A stretch of DNA of 62,706 bases, filler included, from Nemertoderma westbladi (lineage: Eukaryota; Animalia; Xenacoelomorpha), in assembly GCA_032718475.1 (NCBI GenBank). It is 5 parts of 5 records of this genome, joined end to end, with 100 filler letters (N's around TTAATTAATTAA, not from the genome) between each part and the next. Parts side by side here need not be neighbours in the genome. Positions count along the whole stretch, not along the records: positions 12,626 to 29,627 come from JAUCBJ010008929.1; positions 29,728 to 40,306 come from JAUCBJ010000410.1; 3 more parts are not named here. One strand, 5' to 3'. A program made the position numbers and the translations under genes. The notes under the pieces were generated by a model. The model saw only the letters and a program-made list of their open reading frames with translations. It searched no databases and was not told where the DNA came from. Shown piece by piece: positions 24,651-36,668 of the stretch. How positions within the stretch are numbered: position 1 is the stretch's first letter; each line of letters opens with the position of its first letter.

Positions 24651-26863
24651 CGCAATAATTTTTATTGTCCGTTTAAATCCTTTTTTTGTCCTTTTTTTTT
24701 TTATTTTTTTATGTCCTCCAAAAGTCGAATGTTAGGTTCCATGCTACCGGTTTCTCTACTGCTGTTCTCTCAGGCTATCAGTACCGTTATTAGTTAGTAT
24801 ATATAGCACTATTTTGCTGTATTGCATGTACAGATGTAGGTATAAAGCAGGTATTTCTGTATTTTAGTACCGGTACCGGCACCGGTACTGCTATAGGCCT
24901 ACTGTGTAGCCTACCATTTAAATACGGTAATGGTAGGCCTACCGGTTGTGCTAATAAATTTTAAATAATTGATAGGCCAAACTGGATTGCAGGATTGTGG
25001 AAAATGTGGATATACCTTTCACATAATTTAGGCCTATTACTGTATTAGTTTTATAATCAATAATGGATCATGACTAATGTCTGAGTAGTGTTACGGATAG
25101 CGGCACCACTACTTCCAACAGCACAGATCAGTTCATAAACTCATCCGTACTCGAAAAAACTACTTATACATGTTATACCCCGTTACCGTTTGATACCGGT
25201 AGTCACAATCATAGCGAAAACAACGACCCGTTTTTAGCCCAAAGGATCGGACGGCCAAGAAGTCTCGCCTCTGTAACCTGCCCCTTTCCCTCAATTAGTT
25301 AAATGATCGTTTATTGTTTTGGTTAGAAAATCCCGCCTCTGTAACCTGCTCCTTTCCCTCAATTGGTAATGTTATCGTTTATTGTTTTGGTTAGAAAATC
25401 CCGCCTCTGTAACCTGCTCCTTTCTCTCAATTGGTAATGTTATCGTTTATTGTTTTGGTTAGAAAATCCCGTCTCTGTAACCTGCTCCTTTCCCTCAATT
25501 AGTTAAATGATCGTTTATTGTTTTGGTTAGAAAATCCCGCCTCTGTAACCTGCCCCTTTCCCTCAATTAGTTAAATGATCGTTTATTGTTTTGGTTAGAA
25601 AATCCCGCCTCTGTAACCTGCTCCTTTCCCTGATTTGGTAAAGTGACTCGTTTATTGTTTTGGTTAGAAAATCCGCCCTGTAACCTGCTCCTTTCCCTCA
25701 ATTAGTTAAGTGATCGTTTATTGTTTTGGTTAGAAAATCCCGCCTCTGTAACCTGCTCCTTTCCCTCAATTGGTAATGTTATCGTTTATTGTTTTGGTTA
25801 GAAAATCCCGCCTCTGTAACCTGCTCCTTTCTCTCAATTGGTAATGTTATCGTTTATTGTTTTGGTTAGAAAATCCCGTCTCTGTAACCTGCTCCTTTCC
25901 CTCAATTAGTTAAATGATCGTTTATTGTTTTGGTTAGAAAATCCCGCCTCTGTAACCTGCCCCTTTCCCTCAATTAGTTAAATGATCGTTTATTGTTTTG
26001 GTTAGAAAATCCCGCCTCTGTAACCTGCTCCTTTCCCTGAATTGGTAAAGTGACCGTTTATTGTTTTGGTTAGAAAGACCCGCCTCTGTAACCTGCCCCT
26101 TTCCCTCAATTAGTTAAATGATCGTTTATTGTTTTGGTTAGAAAATCCCGCCTCTGTAACCTGCTCCTTTCCCTCAATTAGTTAAGTGATCGTTTATTGT
26201 TTTGGTTAGAAAATTCCGCCTCTGTAACCTGTCCCTTTCCCTCAATTAGTTAAATGATCGTTTATTGTTTTGGTTAGAAAATCCCGCCTCTGTAACCTGC
26301 TCCTTTCCCTCAATAAGTTAAGTGATCGTTTATTGTTTTGGTTAGAAAATCCCGCCTCTGTAACCTGCTCCTTTCCCTCAATTAGTTAAGTGATCGTTTA
26401 TTGTTTTGGTTAGAAAATCCCGTCTCTGTAACCTGCTCCTTTCCCTGATTTGGTAAAGTGACTGTTTATTGTTTTGGTTAGAAAACTCGGCCTTAACCTG
26501 CTCCTTTCCATCAATTGGTAATTGTTTTTGGCTATAAAATGAGTGTTTTGCTACGTCATGTGGTAATCGATTATCGACAACAACCACAAACTATTAAATT
26601 TAGAGTCTTTTTACCACAGGCGCATATGGAAATCTATCTCATAGTCTATAAATCATGGAATCATGGAATGTTTTGGCACAGGCATAGTGAAATCAACTGT
26701 CTGACAGTCCAGAAATCAGCAGTCTGACAGTTTGAAGAAATACATACATAAAAAGTCATTAAAAGGACAATAAAAGTCATTAAAAGGACAACAAAAGTCA
26801 TTATGCATAATTCGTAAAAAAAGGACAAAGAAAGTCAAATAAAAGGACATAAAAATCACTGCC
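24651..26863 (-). mobile_element. Non-autonomous Mutator-like element with 68-bp array (copy 2, inverted relative to copy 1)
   Basis: 9-bp TSD CATTGAATA at 24642-24650 and 26864-26872; reverse complement of 18266-19944, with a longer array (about 25265-26540) and about 300 bp of extra sequence. Confidence 0.88.
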
Positions 26864-27479
26864 CATTGAATATAGGAATAGACTGAACTGCTAAGATTGA
26901 TATAATTGAATCAGAATGCATTTCCTATCTCTTTCGGAGAGACAGGGGAACTGTACGCAAATCACGCCTTGGCGAATTAATACCCCGCATCAATGTTAAA
27001 TTCTCAATTTAGGGAAAGGAGCAGGTTACAGTGGAACGTTTTTTTAACGAAAACAATAAACTAAACACAAAAGAACAGGTTATAGTTTTATTTTTGAAAG
27101 TAATCATCTGTTATTTGCGTCCAATTTACCCTGGAGAGGGATGAATTTTTATTGCGTCCAGTTTCCCTCCTATCTGGTTTCGGAATATTTATCTTTTTTA
27201 CTTTCTTTCATGGGACCAATTTTGTTTATTTCGGAGGGGGGGGGGGGGGGGGGGGGCACAGACTCTAACGCCGGCTCTGTCCATATCCGATCTGTCCATG
27301 TCCTAAGAACATATCAACAGCTCCAATTTAAACAAATAAATACAATTCCCAGCACTTTAAATTTATAGTTTAGGACTCGTCAAGCTAAAATAAAGTTGTT
27401 AATTTAATCAATACTTCGATTTTAACTAAGATAGTTCAATGAAATTCGCCTGAATATTTATCAAACGTAGCCGACCTGC

Positions 27480-28050
27480 GCAGAGCATGTTTAATGGAGT
27501 AGGCATTATCTCCCTGCTTAGTGAGACAGTTGGCTTGTTGCAATTTTTCGGGAACCCCAGTTAATTTTATTCAACTCTCCTTTGCATATCATTTCCCGCA
27601 GGGTAGAGCTATGTCGATACGCTGATACGCAATCTTTTATCAGCTACTGACGTCAGTGAATGTGTTTCCTAATAAAGAGAACAACTCTCGGTGAAAACGT
27701 TTATGGGTACCGATTTTGCTCCGATTAGTTCCTTGATGAACTCGCCATATAAATAGGCTGACTCGACTGCTTCCACCATTTCAACTGTTTCGGCACCTAG
27801 TGAACTTTTCCCTACCCTTTGGATTCGTCTGCTATGCCAAGCTATGAGTGAAGCTTTCTTTACCTTTATCACCGAAAAAGAAACAATAGAGCCACCTCGT
27901 GAACCGCCGTCTAGCAAGTTTCCTAAACTAGCGTCGCTAAAACATTAACTCCCTGTTGATTCTAGATGACCAATGTTGTGCATGTGAATATTGAGAATTT
28001 CCGACTTTATTTTTCTAACAGCCTTTGCTGCCCTGAGTTCCAATGTTTGC
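27480..28050 (-). pseudogene. Ty1/Copia RT-RNase H relic (GalEa-like motif pattern)
   Basis: FSDASLGNLLDGGSRGG...WHSRRIQRVGKSSLGAET...VFTESCSLY...DKRLRI...INW...QQANCLTKQG, with stops and frameshifts. Confidence 0.8.
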
Positions 28051-28084
28051 CTTGGTGGGATAAATATTTCTCCATTTGACGCAA

Positions 28085-28818
28085 CACCGCCGCGGCCGCT
28101 ATGAGGGAGGTGAATACCGCGGCCGCTCCTAAAGCCGCAGGCCATCACTAACTATATAGGTTAACTTGGGATTCTGGGGGACTTTTCGATGAAGGAACTG
28201 ACCAAATTTTTTTATTTTCTCACCAGGGGAGCGGCTTGGAATTCTAAGATATTAGCAACTCTAACATTATTAAATCTAACCCTTAGACGGACACGGCGGA
28301 CAAAAAACCGTCATTTTTTCGACAATTTTAAAATTTTTTTGAAAGGCGCTCTACAGTGGCTCGAAAAAACCCTAGGTTATTGCTTAGCCGACGCCGGGAT
28401 ACGATAGAAGGGATTAATTAGTGAATTCGTTTTTTTTTTTCAAAAAAGATTACCACGCCTTTTTTCCGAAAATGTCCGTCAAAGTTGAAAAAACGGACAA
28501 AATGACTTTGCGGGATCCGCTATAACTCGGCTAATATTAATCGTACGGGGACGAAAGTAACGCGGTTGGAAAGGGGAAGAGTGGTACTACCTTCGTATCG
28601 AATGGGGGTAAGATATTTATTAAAATTTCGGGTGGAAAAAGGGGCTGTAAATTTGTACGTTTTTGTCCGTATTTTTTGGAAAACTTTTTTCCGAAATGTT
28701 TAATTCGACAACGCGGGTAGGAATCCACTAATTCTTTTATGAAACTCGTAGAAGACCATTGGGGCTACGTTCCTATCGAATGGGGGTACAAAAAATATGT
28801 CGGCAATAGGGGCCAAAA
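28085..28818 (-). mobile_element. Partial inverted relative of the 15.3-17.6 kb element
   Basis: Shares TGTCCGTCAAAGTT...GGACAAAATGACTTTGCGGGA...ACTCGGCTAATATTAATCGTACGGGGACGAAAGTAACGC and the GCGGCCGC terminal hairpin. Confidence 0.75.
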
Positions 28819-28934
28819 TAGTTATCTCAGTCTGTCAGTACAACGTTACACTAAACTGCCCGTGGGACCGGTACTATTTTAATTATATATATTATAGTTT
28901 TAAATACATTATTATATCACTCATCTGCATTAAA

Positions 28935-29627
28935 ATGGCCACTAACAACAACAATGACGCATCCATTGACTTCGGGAGGCTCCAAAAGGAGGTAATTGCG
29001 CTGTTCCGCTTGGTCAAACAGAAGAAGAGTGTCTCGCAGGACGATGAGAAGAACCTCTTCGAATCACTGTCAGCGATGAACTCACTGTACAGCGGCAATC
29101 TCAATGAACTCGCAGAAGCGCGAAAGCAGACAATCAATGCACAAAAGGAATCACTATCCACAAAGGACGAACTGCTATCTGTTATCCGAGCAGGTAACAC
29201 CCCACCGCATATAGAACCTCCCCGCCCAACCATAAACCGGCACATTAACCCGCAACGCCAACTACTGATCAACGCTGGAAGTGCTACAACAGGGACGCCT
29301 GTAGTAGCAACTACCTCGCTTAACGCCAACTCATACACCCCACAATACCGCCGCCCAGCTCCATCCCGTGGAAGCCGGGTAGGTGGCCCATTGCGCGCCG
29401 CCCAACCACGTGCACATCCGCCGCGAAAGGCCCACATCTACATTGGTAACTTGGAACCCACAGTCACTGTGGAGGAGATTAAGGACTTCCTAAAATCGGA
29501 GAATATAAAATTCGACACAGCAATAAAGATCAATCCATCCCATATCGAGGCCACATATGCTGCCTTCCATCTGATTTGCAACCAGGAGGACCGCGATGCT
29601 CTCATGGACACAACACTATGGGGCGTT
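28935..29627 (+). CDS. LINE ORF1p-like protein (coiled coil + RRM-like), truncated by the spacer
   Basis: MATNNNNDAS... coiled coil, then HIYIGNLEPTVTVEEIKDFL...YAAFHLIC...LMDTTLWG, matching the CR1/L2-group ORF1 RRM pattern. Confidence 0.65.
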
Positions 29628-29727
29628 NNNNNNNNNNNNNNNNNNNNNNNNNNNNNNNNNNNNNNNNNNNNTTAATTAATTAANNNNNNNNNNNNNNNNN
29701 NNNNNNNNNNNNNNNNNNNNNNNNNNN
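29628..29727. other. Assembly spacer
   Basis: N44-TTAATTAATTAA-N44. Confidence 0.97.
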
Positions 29728-30002
29728 CACCTACATATACATAATATCCCTCTACCTTACTACTGAATACTAAATCATAACGGTACATTTTGTTTAGGGT
29801 ATTTCATTTGGCCCAAGAATGCAGTGCATTATTACACCAACTATGTATACAACCTGAAGACTATATCGCCTCTTAATGGCGTAAATTGTGATCCCCCCCC
29901 CCCCCCCCCCCCCCCCCCTTCATGCTCATCAGAATATGGGCAAGTTGAAAATTAATAATCCGAACCCGACAAAACCATATCCGACAACAACAACTCTTTA
30001 CA

Positions 30003-30160
30003 ACAGTGTCCGAGTGGATACGGCGCCTGAACTGCTTACACAATAGTGTTTGGTGGCGCAGGTTCGATTCCGACTAAAGACTGTAGAAATTTCGCACTGT
30101 TGTGTCCATAGGCAATAGTTTAGACATTAGTGCCTACGCCAACCCAGCGGTATAATGGGC
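30003..30160 (+). mobile_element. tRNA(Leu-like)-derived SINE head with a CORE/Meta-like body
   Basis: GTGTCCGAGTGG A-box and GGTTCGATTCC B-box, then TTGTGTCCATAGGCAA...TGCCT...AACCCAGCGGTATAATGGG resembling invertebrate SINE core sequence. Confidence 0.65.
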
Positions 30161-32414
30161 TGCTCCCTGCCTACTGACTATGTGGCCTACCAGGCCCTCG
30201 CTGGGTCCATCCAACCCAGCCACTCCCTGCCTACCAACTACGTGGCCTACCAGGCCCTCGCCGGGTCTACCCAACCCAGCCACTCCCTGCCTACCAACTA
30301 CTTGGCCTTCCAGGCCCTCGCCGGGTCTACCTAACCCAGCCACTCCCTGCCTACCAACTACGTGGCCTACCAGGCCCTCGCCGGGTCTACCTAACCCAGC
30401 TACTTCCTGCCTACCAACTACGCGGCCCACCAGGCGCTCGCCGGGTCCACCCAACCCAGCCACTTCCGGCCTACTAACTACGTGGCCTACCAGGGCCCCA
30501 TCTGTCTGGCCATACACGCCCGACGTGTTTACATTAATAGCACCCGTATTGGAAACGGAATTAATTTGTTCGTTCGAAATAAAATCATTTGAATTATCTT
30601 GCGCGACTACACTATCTGAATTATTTTGTAAACTCGGGCTCGTTGAATTATTTAAGTTATTTGGATTATTTTGTGTTATTGCATTACTTAAATTATTTTG
30701 TAAGTTCGAATTTGGGTTATTACTTTGATTAATTGGATTATTTTGCGTAGCTACATTAATATTAGAATTATTTTCTACATTAATATTAGGAATGTTCTGA
30801 TTTAAATTTAAATTACTACCACTAGGTAAAGTATTTCCTGCAATAAAGGTTTGATTAGAATTGTCCCATACGGTACTATTAATATTAACCACGTCTACTG
30901 TACCATTATCATTATTACCCCCCCCCCCCCCCCCCCCCCCCGCCCGTACGGTCACACCAGTTTTGTGTCTGTCGTGCGGTCCCTGTAAGTGGGGTATTAA
31001 TAAATGTATCCACGGCCCCCGGCTCCTCAAAAATACTCGAGCCAGCCTCGCTCTCAGACGCCCCCATCTGCGCCAGTTCCACCTCACGCGTGTGTACAGC
31101 TTCATGCTCTACGAGTTTGTCTCGCTGTTTCTCCAATTCTTTTCGCTCACGCTCCACTTTTGCTATTTTATCCATAGCCTCCCGTTCGCTCTGCTTGGCC
31201 AATTCCATCTCTCTCCTAATCCCCTCCCTTCGCCTCACCTCACGCTCTCTACGCTCACTCTCCTCCCTCGCTTCACGCTTCTCGCGTTCGCTTTTCTCTC
31301 TCGCCACACGCTCCTCTTGTTCCTTCAACTCTATTTCATCATACTCCCTAAGGCTCCTCACGGCCCTTTCGGCCCTCTCTCTTATCTCTCCAATCGACGC
31401 CATTTCCCTCTCTAGCAGCACTCTCCCTTCCTCTAGCCGTCTACCTACTTCTCTATTACCTTGCACTGCTAGATTGAGACGGTACCTAGCGTCTATCTCT
31501 CTCACCCGTCTTTCTTTCGCGGAGGATGTAGCAGACTTATCGGTTGTGGAGGATTCCCTCCGCCTTCCCGATCTACTAACTTTCCCCCTCCTCCCGGAAC
31601 TCCCTCCGACCAACGAGACCGAATCCGCGGGGTCAGCCTCGGATTCGCCCTCCTCAGGTCTGTTCCAACCCACTAATTTTATACCCCGGGCATCGATTAA
31701 ATATGGCCCTATGTACACTACACTAGGTTGTATACCCCCATGCCGCCATGAGTCATATAGTTCCTCGGCAACCCTTCTCGCTCTCTCCTCGGCCAATTCT
31801 CTCTGCTCGAAACGCATTAGATAGTATAAATGTCTGTCCGACTTACCTAGTCCTGACTTCAGTTTTACCTCGTCTATCGTTTTCCCCTTTCTGGCCTCCT
31901 CTAGTAGTCTCCGGGTCGCGTTGTAGGCCCGTCGAAGTCGCTCAGAAACCCCGACGTCCTCGTCGCCGACCTCTCGTCCGTCTCTCCGGGTTCGACGTCG
32001 TACCGGCGGCCCCACCGTCGCCGTTCCGGCGGGCCATCCGTCACCCTCGGCCTGTGGCTGGCCGGCGACATCGGTATCGACACCTCCGTCGTCTCTCCGG
32101 GTCCTTCCTCGTACCGTCGGCCCCACCGTCGCCGTCTCGGTGGGCCGTTCGTCGCTCTCGGCCTGTGGCTGGCCTGCGACGTCGGCACGTCGACCCTCGT
32201 TCCGTGTCGACTCGTCTCTCTCTCCCTCGGGCTCGTTCTCTCTATCCTCCGACTCGACTTCTGACTCCAGACGGCCCCCCTCATCTTGAATCTCCGGTTC
32301 GCCCGTTACCGATGGCTCCGGCGTCGTGGGCCTATACCGCCTGGTCGCGGCCTCGCGGATCGTTTGTTCTTCGTCCGGGGTCCGCGTCGGTGTTATCTCA
32401 CCTGACCGACTCAT
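30134..32414 (-). CDS. Gag-like ORF of a probable LTR retrotransposon, split by a frameshift in a poly-C tract (30917-30940) and 3'-truncated at the SINE
   Basis: Acidic/Arg-rich N-terminus, long E/R coiled coil, poly-Gly, Asn-rich region and 20-aa (60-bp) repeats GLVGHVVGRQGVAGLGRPGE. The two ORF-track frames join across the homopolymer. Confidence 0.55.
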
Positions 32415-32540
32415 CTTTCCTCTGCAGATTTGGTGGCTGGTGGTCACAGAGTTTATCTAGGGCGGCAGCTGATTTAGTTACTGTGACGGGATCCAAGAGG
32501 GATCCCGGTTTATCCGGTTTTAGTTCACGCGTCCCCGCCG

Positions 32541-33082
32541 TGTATAAAGAGTGAATAAGTTCGTGCTGTTTGTCGTATATAATATGATATGCAGATATAG
32601 ATATAGATATAGATATATTGTCGTATACGGAAGGCGGGATACGGTAACTAAAGTCCCGGTCCTTCCCTAGCTAAACTATTGTAACCTAATCTAACACCGG
32701 TATTGCACTGAGATAACTGAATTGGTATTATTACTGCCAAGTGGCTATATTGCACGGTTGGCCTTGTTACTCTACCTAATCGATGCCTTGCCCCCCTCTG
32801 ATTGGTTGATACCCTTGTTGGCGCCCTTTGGAGTGTTCCCGTTCACTCCATCTATTCTCTCTGGGTTAGGGGTTTGGCCCCTGACCCTCTATTGTGTGTT
32901 TCTCCTTCCCATTCTTATTGGGATGGCACGAGTTGGTTAATTACCCAATCTCGTGGCTCCCAATATTGCTTATCGGCTTATAACTTTATGGGGTGTTAGC
33001 GGGATTGAATAAGCTAACACCTGAAGTCATAATCGTGTAATTCGACTTTCTGAATCCGTATGGGGGAGCATCAGAAAATACA
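32541..33082 (-). mobile_element. Putative 5' LTR (542 bp) of the gag-like element
   Basis: Termini TGTAT...ATACA; internal CCAATCAGAG and TATA-like motifs on the minus strand; followed by PBS-like CGGCGGGGACG about 125 bp before the ATG. Confidence 0.5.
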
Positions 33083-33779
33083 TCGTGGCGTTCCGCCCAA
33101 TCGTATAATCGTGTTATTATATTCATTTCAAATAATTATATTAGTAATGTTATTGTATCATATTTTACAGGATTAAAATACTTTGGTTGTATATTTTTGT
33201 ATATTTTCCTTATGAATATTCTAATATCTGTTACAAAATGTAATATCGCACTGATTTTTTTTTTACTAATTCAAATAATATTGCATTACTATGAATAAAA
33301 TGTTTCGGTACTCTTATTTTATTTCAATTGATATTCATTTAAATTTTTTGTTATTAGTTATACTAATAGTCGTCAATATGACAGGTTAAAAGGGGTGTAA
33401 ACGCTACGCTGACAACCAACAGCCGCCAACCACTGCTGACAACATTAAATATAAATATGTAACCTGAGTTCGTGACTATCGTTTATTGTTTTGGTTAGAA
33501 TAACCTTCCACTGTAACCTGTTCCTTGTGTGTTGTTAAAATGTGGCGTGAAAAATTCCGCGTCATTTTCCCTTGACATTTTCACGTAAAAATTAAAATGT
33601 TGTGAAACCGCGTCAACTTCACGTCAAATTCACAACTTTTTCACAATACATTTTTGGTCAATGTTTGAAAAGTTTGTTATGTTGTGGCCGAAATGCCCCA
33701 CCATATTATTAAATTCTTTCTAGCCCAGAATTTATTTTGCGCACCAAACTATTACAAATAATACAATAGCTAAGTTTGA

Positions 33780-33968
33780 TGTGAAATAATGTAAAAGGAG
33801 TTAGATTAATGTTGTTAATTGTTTAACGCCTTTTATAGGGAAGGAATTAAAATAATATTTTATAATAATAACTATTTATTTTTAAATAGAACATTGTTTT
33901 AACACCTGCCATAGAAAGGGCGTTAAACAATCAACTACATTATTCTCACACTTTTTACATTATTTCCA
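33780..33968. repeat. Imperfect inverted repeat (old MITE)
   Basis: GTGAAATAATGTAAAAGG...TTGTTTAACGCC versus GGCGTTAAACAA...TTTTTACATTATTTCCAC. Confidence 0.6.
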
Positions 33969-34472
33969 CTCATTTGCACTACAATTTTATCTATTGAATT
34001 CATAGAGTGTTTGCACTGTAATTACACAGTGAAACCTATGCTTCTGTAATGAATTAAGTATGTAAACAATTGAATTTTACAATTTATAGCTAATTTTAGA
34101 TTTTGATTCAATTCGACTAGTGTAAAAAGAAGGGAGACACAACCGGGTTGTCGCAGTTGCCTTCGATTTCGTGGAGTGTATGTGAGTGTGCAGTGGCCCG
34201 GCGTGTCTAGTTGCCTTTTTTAAGAGTGTGGGAATGTATGCGTGGGGTGGGGGGTGGGAGGAGACCGTCGTTCACCGCTACCATGACAGAAACATAAGTT
34301 AACTTATTAAAACGGACAGTCAGGCAGTTTAATGTTTAATTGAATACATCAGGCCAACAGTCAGTAAAAATAATAAAAATACCGGCCCGCATAAAATAAT
34401 AATATATTAAAAAATAATTGCATTGGAAAATATACTGAGACATATATATAATTGCCAGACCGAAACCCGCCT

Positions 34473-35473
34473 GTAATGGAGTTCGTCAAAGGTTCAGTGG
34501 CATCTCCGATTCTGTTCTGTATTATATTGGATAAATTAATATCAAAACTGAGGTCATCTAAAGTTGGTTATTATATTGGTTCTTTTTATTTTGGTATTTT
34601 CGGCTACGCAGATGATCTTCTCCTTTTATGCCCTTCCATAGTGGGACTACGGTTTATGGTCAAGTTATGCGAGGAGTTTGCAACCGAACACCATCTCGTG
34701 TTTAGTACAAACCCGAATCCCGATAAATCCAAATCCAAATCCGAATGCATTCCTTTTGGGAGAGTGTGGTTTAAACCCTAAGCGTCAGTAATGCTGAACG
34801 GTAGACCACTTCCTTGGGTCAGGGAGGCGTTGCATCTAGGAAACATGTTAGATTTCCAGAACACAATGGCGTCTGATATTATACGAAAACGGGGAAAATT
34901 TATTGGAAAGCTCAATGCACTTAGACAGGAATTCTACTTTTCTGATCCATATGTTTTGAGTAATATTCAGCGTATTTATTGCACATCCTTCTACAGTAGT
35001 AATTTATGGGATCTTTTTTCATCGTGTACTCGTATATACAGTTCATGGAATATTAATAATATTAGGATTATTTTCAGATTGCCTTTTACATCACATAGAT
35101 ATATTGTAGAAAATTTAATGCAGTTTAAACACCCCAGTATTATGTTATATTCACGTTTTATAAGATTTTGTACCAGTTTACTGTAGTCTGAAAAATCAAG
35201 CATTCGTTATTTAGCAAATTTATTTTTATATGATTGTCATTCGCGAAGTGGGTGCAATTTACGTTCTATCGCAAATCTGTGTAAAATACCTCTCATTAAC
35301 TCGATAAATGTTACGCACGTTAATAAGTTGAACTACGTTCCTTTTGATGTAGCTGATAGATGGAAATTAGAATTGTGTAGGGAATTAATTAATTGTCGTT
35401 GTAGCAATATTGATATACCTGGTTTTAATGTTGATGAGATTACTGATATCCTTAATTATATTACTACATGTTA
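34473..35473 (+). pseudogene. 5'-truncated, frameshifted LINE RT (family distinct from the RTE copies)
   Basis: NGVRQG/SVASPILF, FGYADDLLLLCPS, HLGN, FYSSNLWDL, ending ...LNYITTC*. Confidence 0.85.
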
Positions 35474-36668
35474 GTTAAATATTCTTTATATTATTGCCTA
35501 TAATTATTTTGTTCGATGCCGTGTCATTTACTCCGTGTTCTGTCAGTTATTCATTACATAGGCCTACGTCATTAATATTGTGCTACTTTACTAATAATAT
35601 GTCTGTCTATGTACCGTGTACTAGGTTTATTGTTTATTCATATGTAAGAATATCAATTAAATTAAATGAAAGGTCGATTATATCAAAATATTTTTTTTAT
35701 GAAATTGTCAACTTCAAAACCCTATTACTTCTACAATTTTGAGCAATTAGTCTGAAAATTTATGTGGGTGTCTACATAGCCATCCTGCATAAAATTATCA
35801 GACAACGTTTTGAAATTTTTTGTTCTTTGATCTATCATATAAAAAAACTTTCATGTGATTAGATTCAAAACTGTAAAAGCCTTAGGGTTTTAAGCGCAAC
35901 AAAGTTTTTTTTTTGTTAACTAGTATTAACTAATATTAAATAGCGAAAAATGAAATTTTTCTGACCTTTCATGTAGAATAGCATCTTAGGAAACTATATT
36001 CCAAATATAGTCTAAACCAAAAAAGTTTGAAACGCTGAGAGTGATAATCGAAGAGTTGTCCGAAAATCTGCTACAGCTGACTAGTGGAATACTTAAAACG
36101 TTCCCTCAAGGACGTACCACAAGATCTACATGTAAAGTCTCTATGGATCTATTTAATAAAAGTCCCCCAACAGTTTCCACAGAGACTCGAAAGAACTTGG
36201 TCTTAAAGTGACGAGGACGAGAGAGTTCTGTTTTCCAGATTGTATATATTTTTGATAGAGTTGCGCCATTAACCTTGTTTTCCTAACTTCTCTGTCACTT
36301 CTGCTGCTCTACAGTACATTATATCCATGACCAAAGAGGTAGGTAGGCCTACAGTAAAGTACCGTACCGAGCAATCTTTAGTTTATTGTTATCAGGGTGG
36401 TTATACAATGGTCATGATCAGGCTTCCTTCCTTAATTTAAAAAGTCATGCATTCGGTAAAAGTAAGATATTGTAATATACATTTTGTAATAATGTATAGG
36501 CCTACTAACAGTAGGCCCTCCCTACATGTAACACAATACTCCATACTGTATAATTTTTAAATTAAATAAGATATTAGTCGAGTATTAAATATAAGAATAA
36601 TATAATTATTAAATGCCAATATATTTATTTCCAAATAATTTATGTTTAATTTCATTGTAGTTGTTAGT

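Noticed and set aside
25265-26540. Constant-plus-variable array resembling CRISPR
   Set aside because: The variable parts are a few related, recurring variants inside a TSD-flanked eukaryotic transposon.
30180-32554. Several long plus-strand ORFs
   Set aside because: Antisense shadows of the GC-rich gag-like ORF.
36100-36340. Candidate missing Vav SH3 exon
   Set aside because: No ALYDF/ELS/WW/FP motifs in the minus-strand frames read; looks like a decayed repeat.
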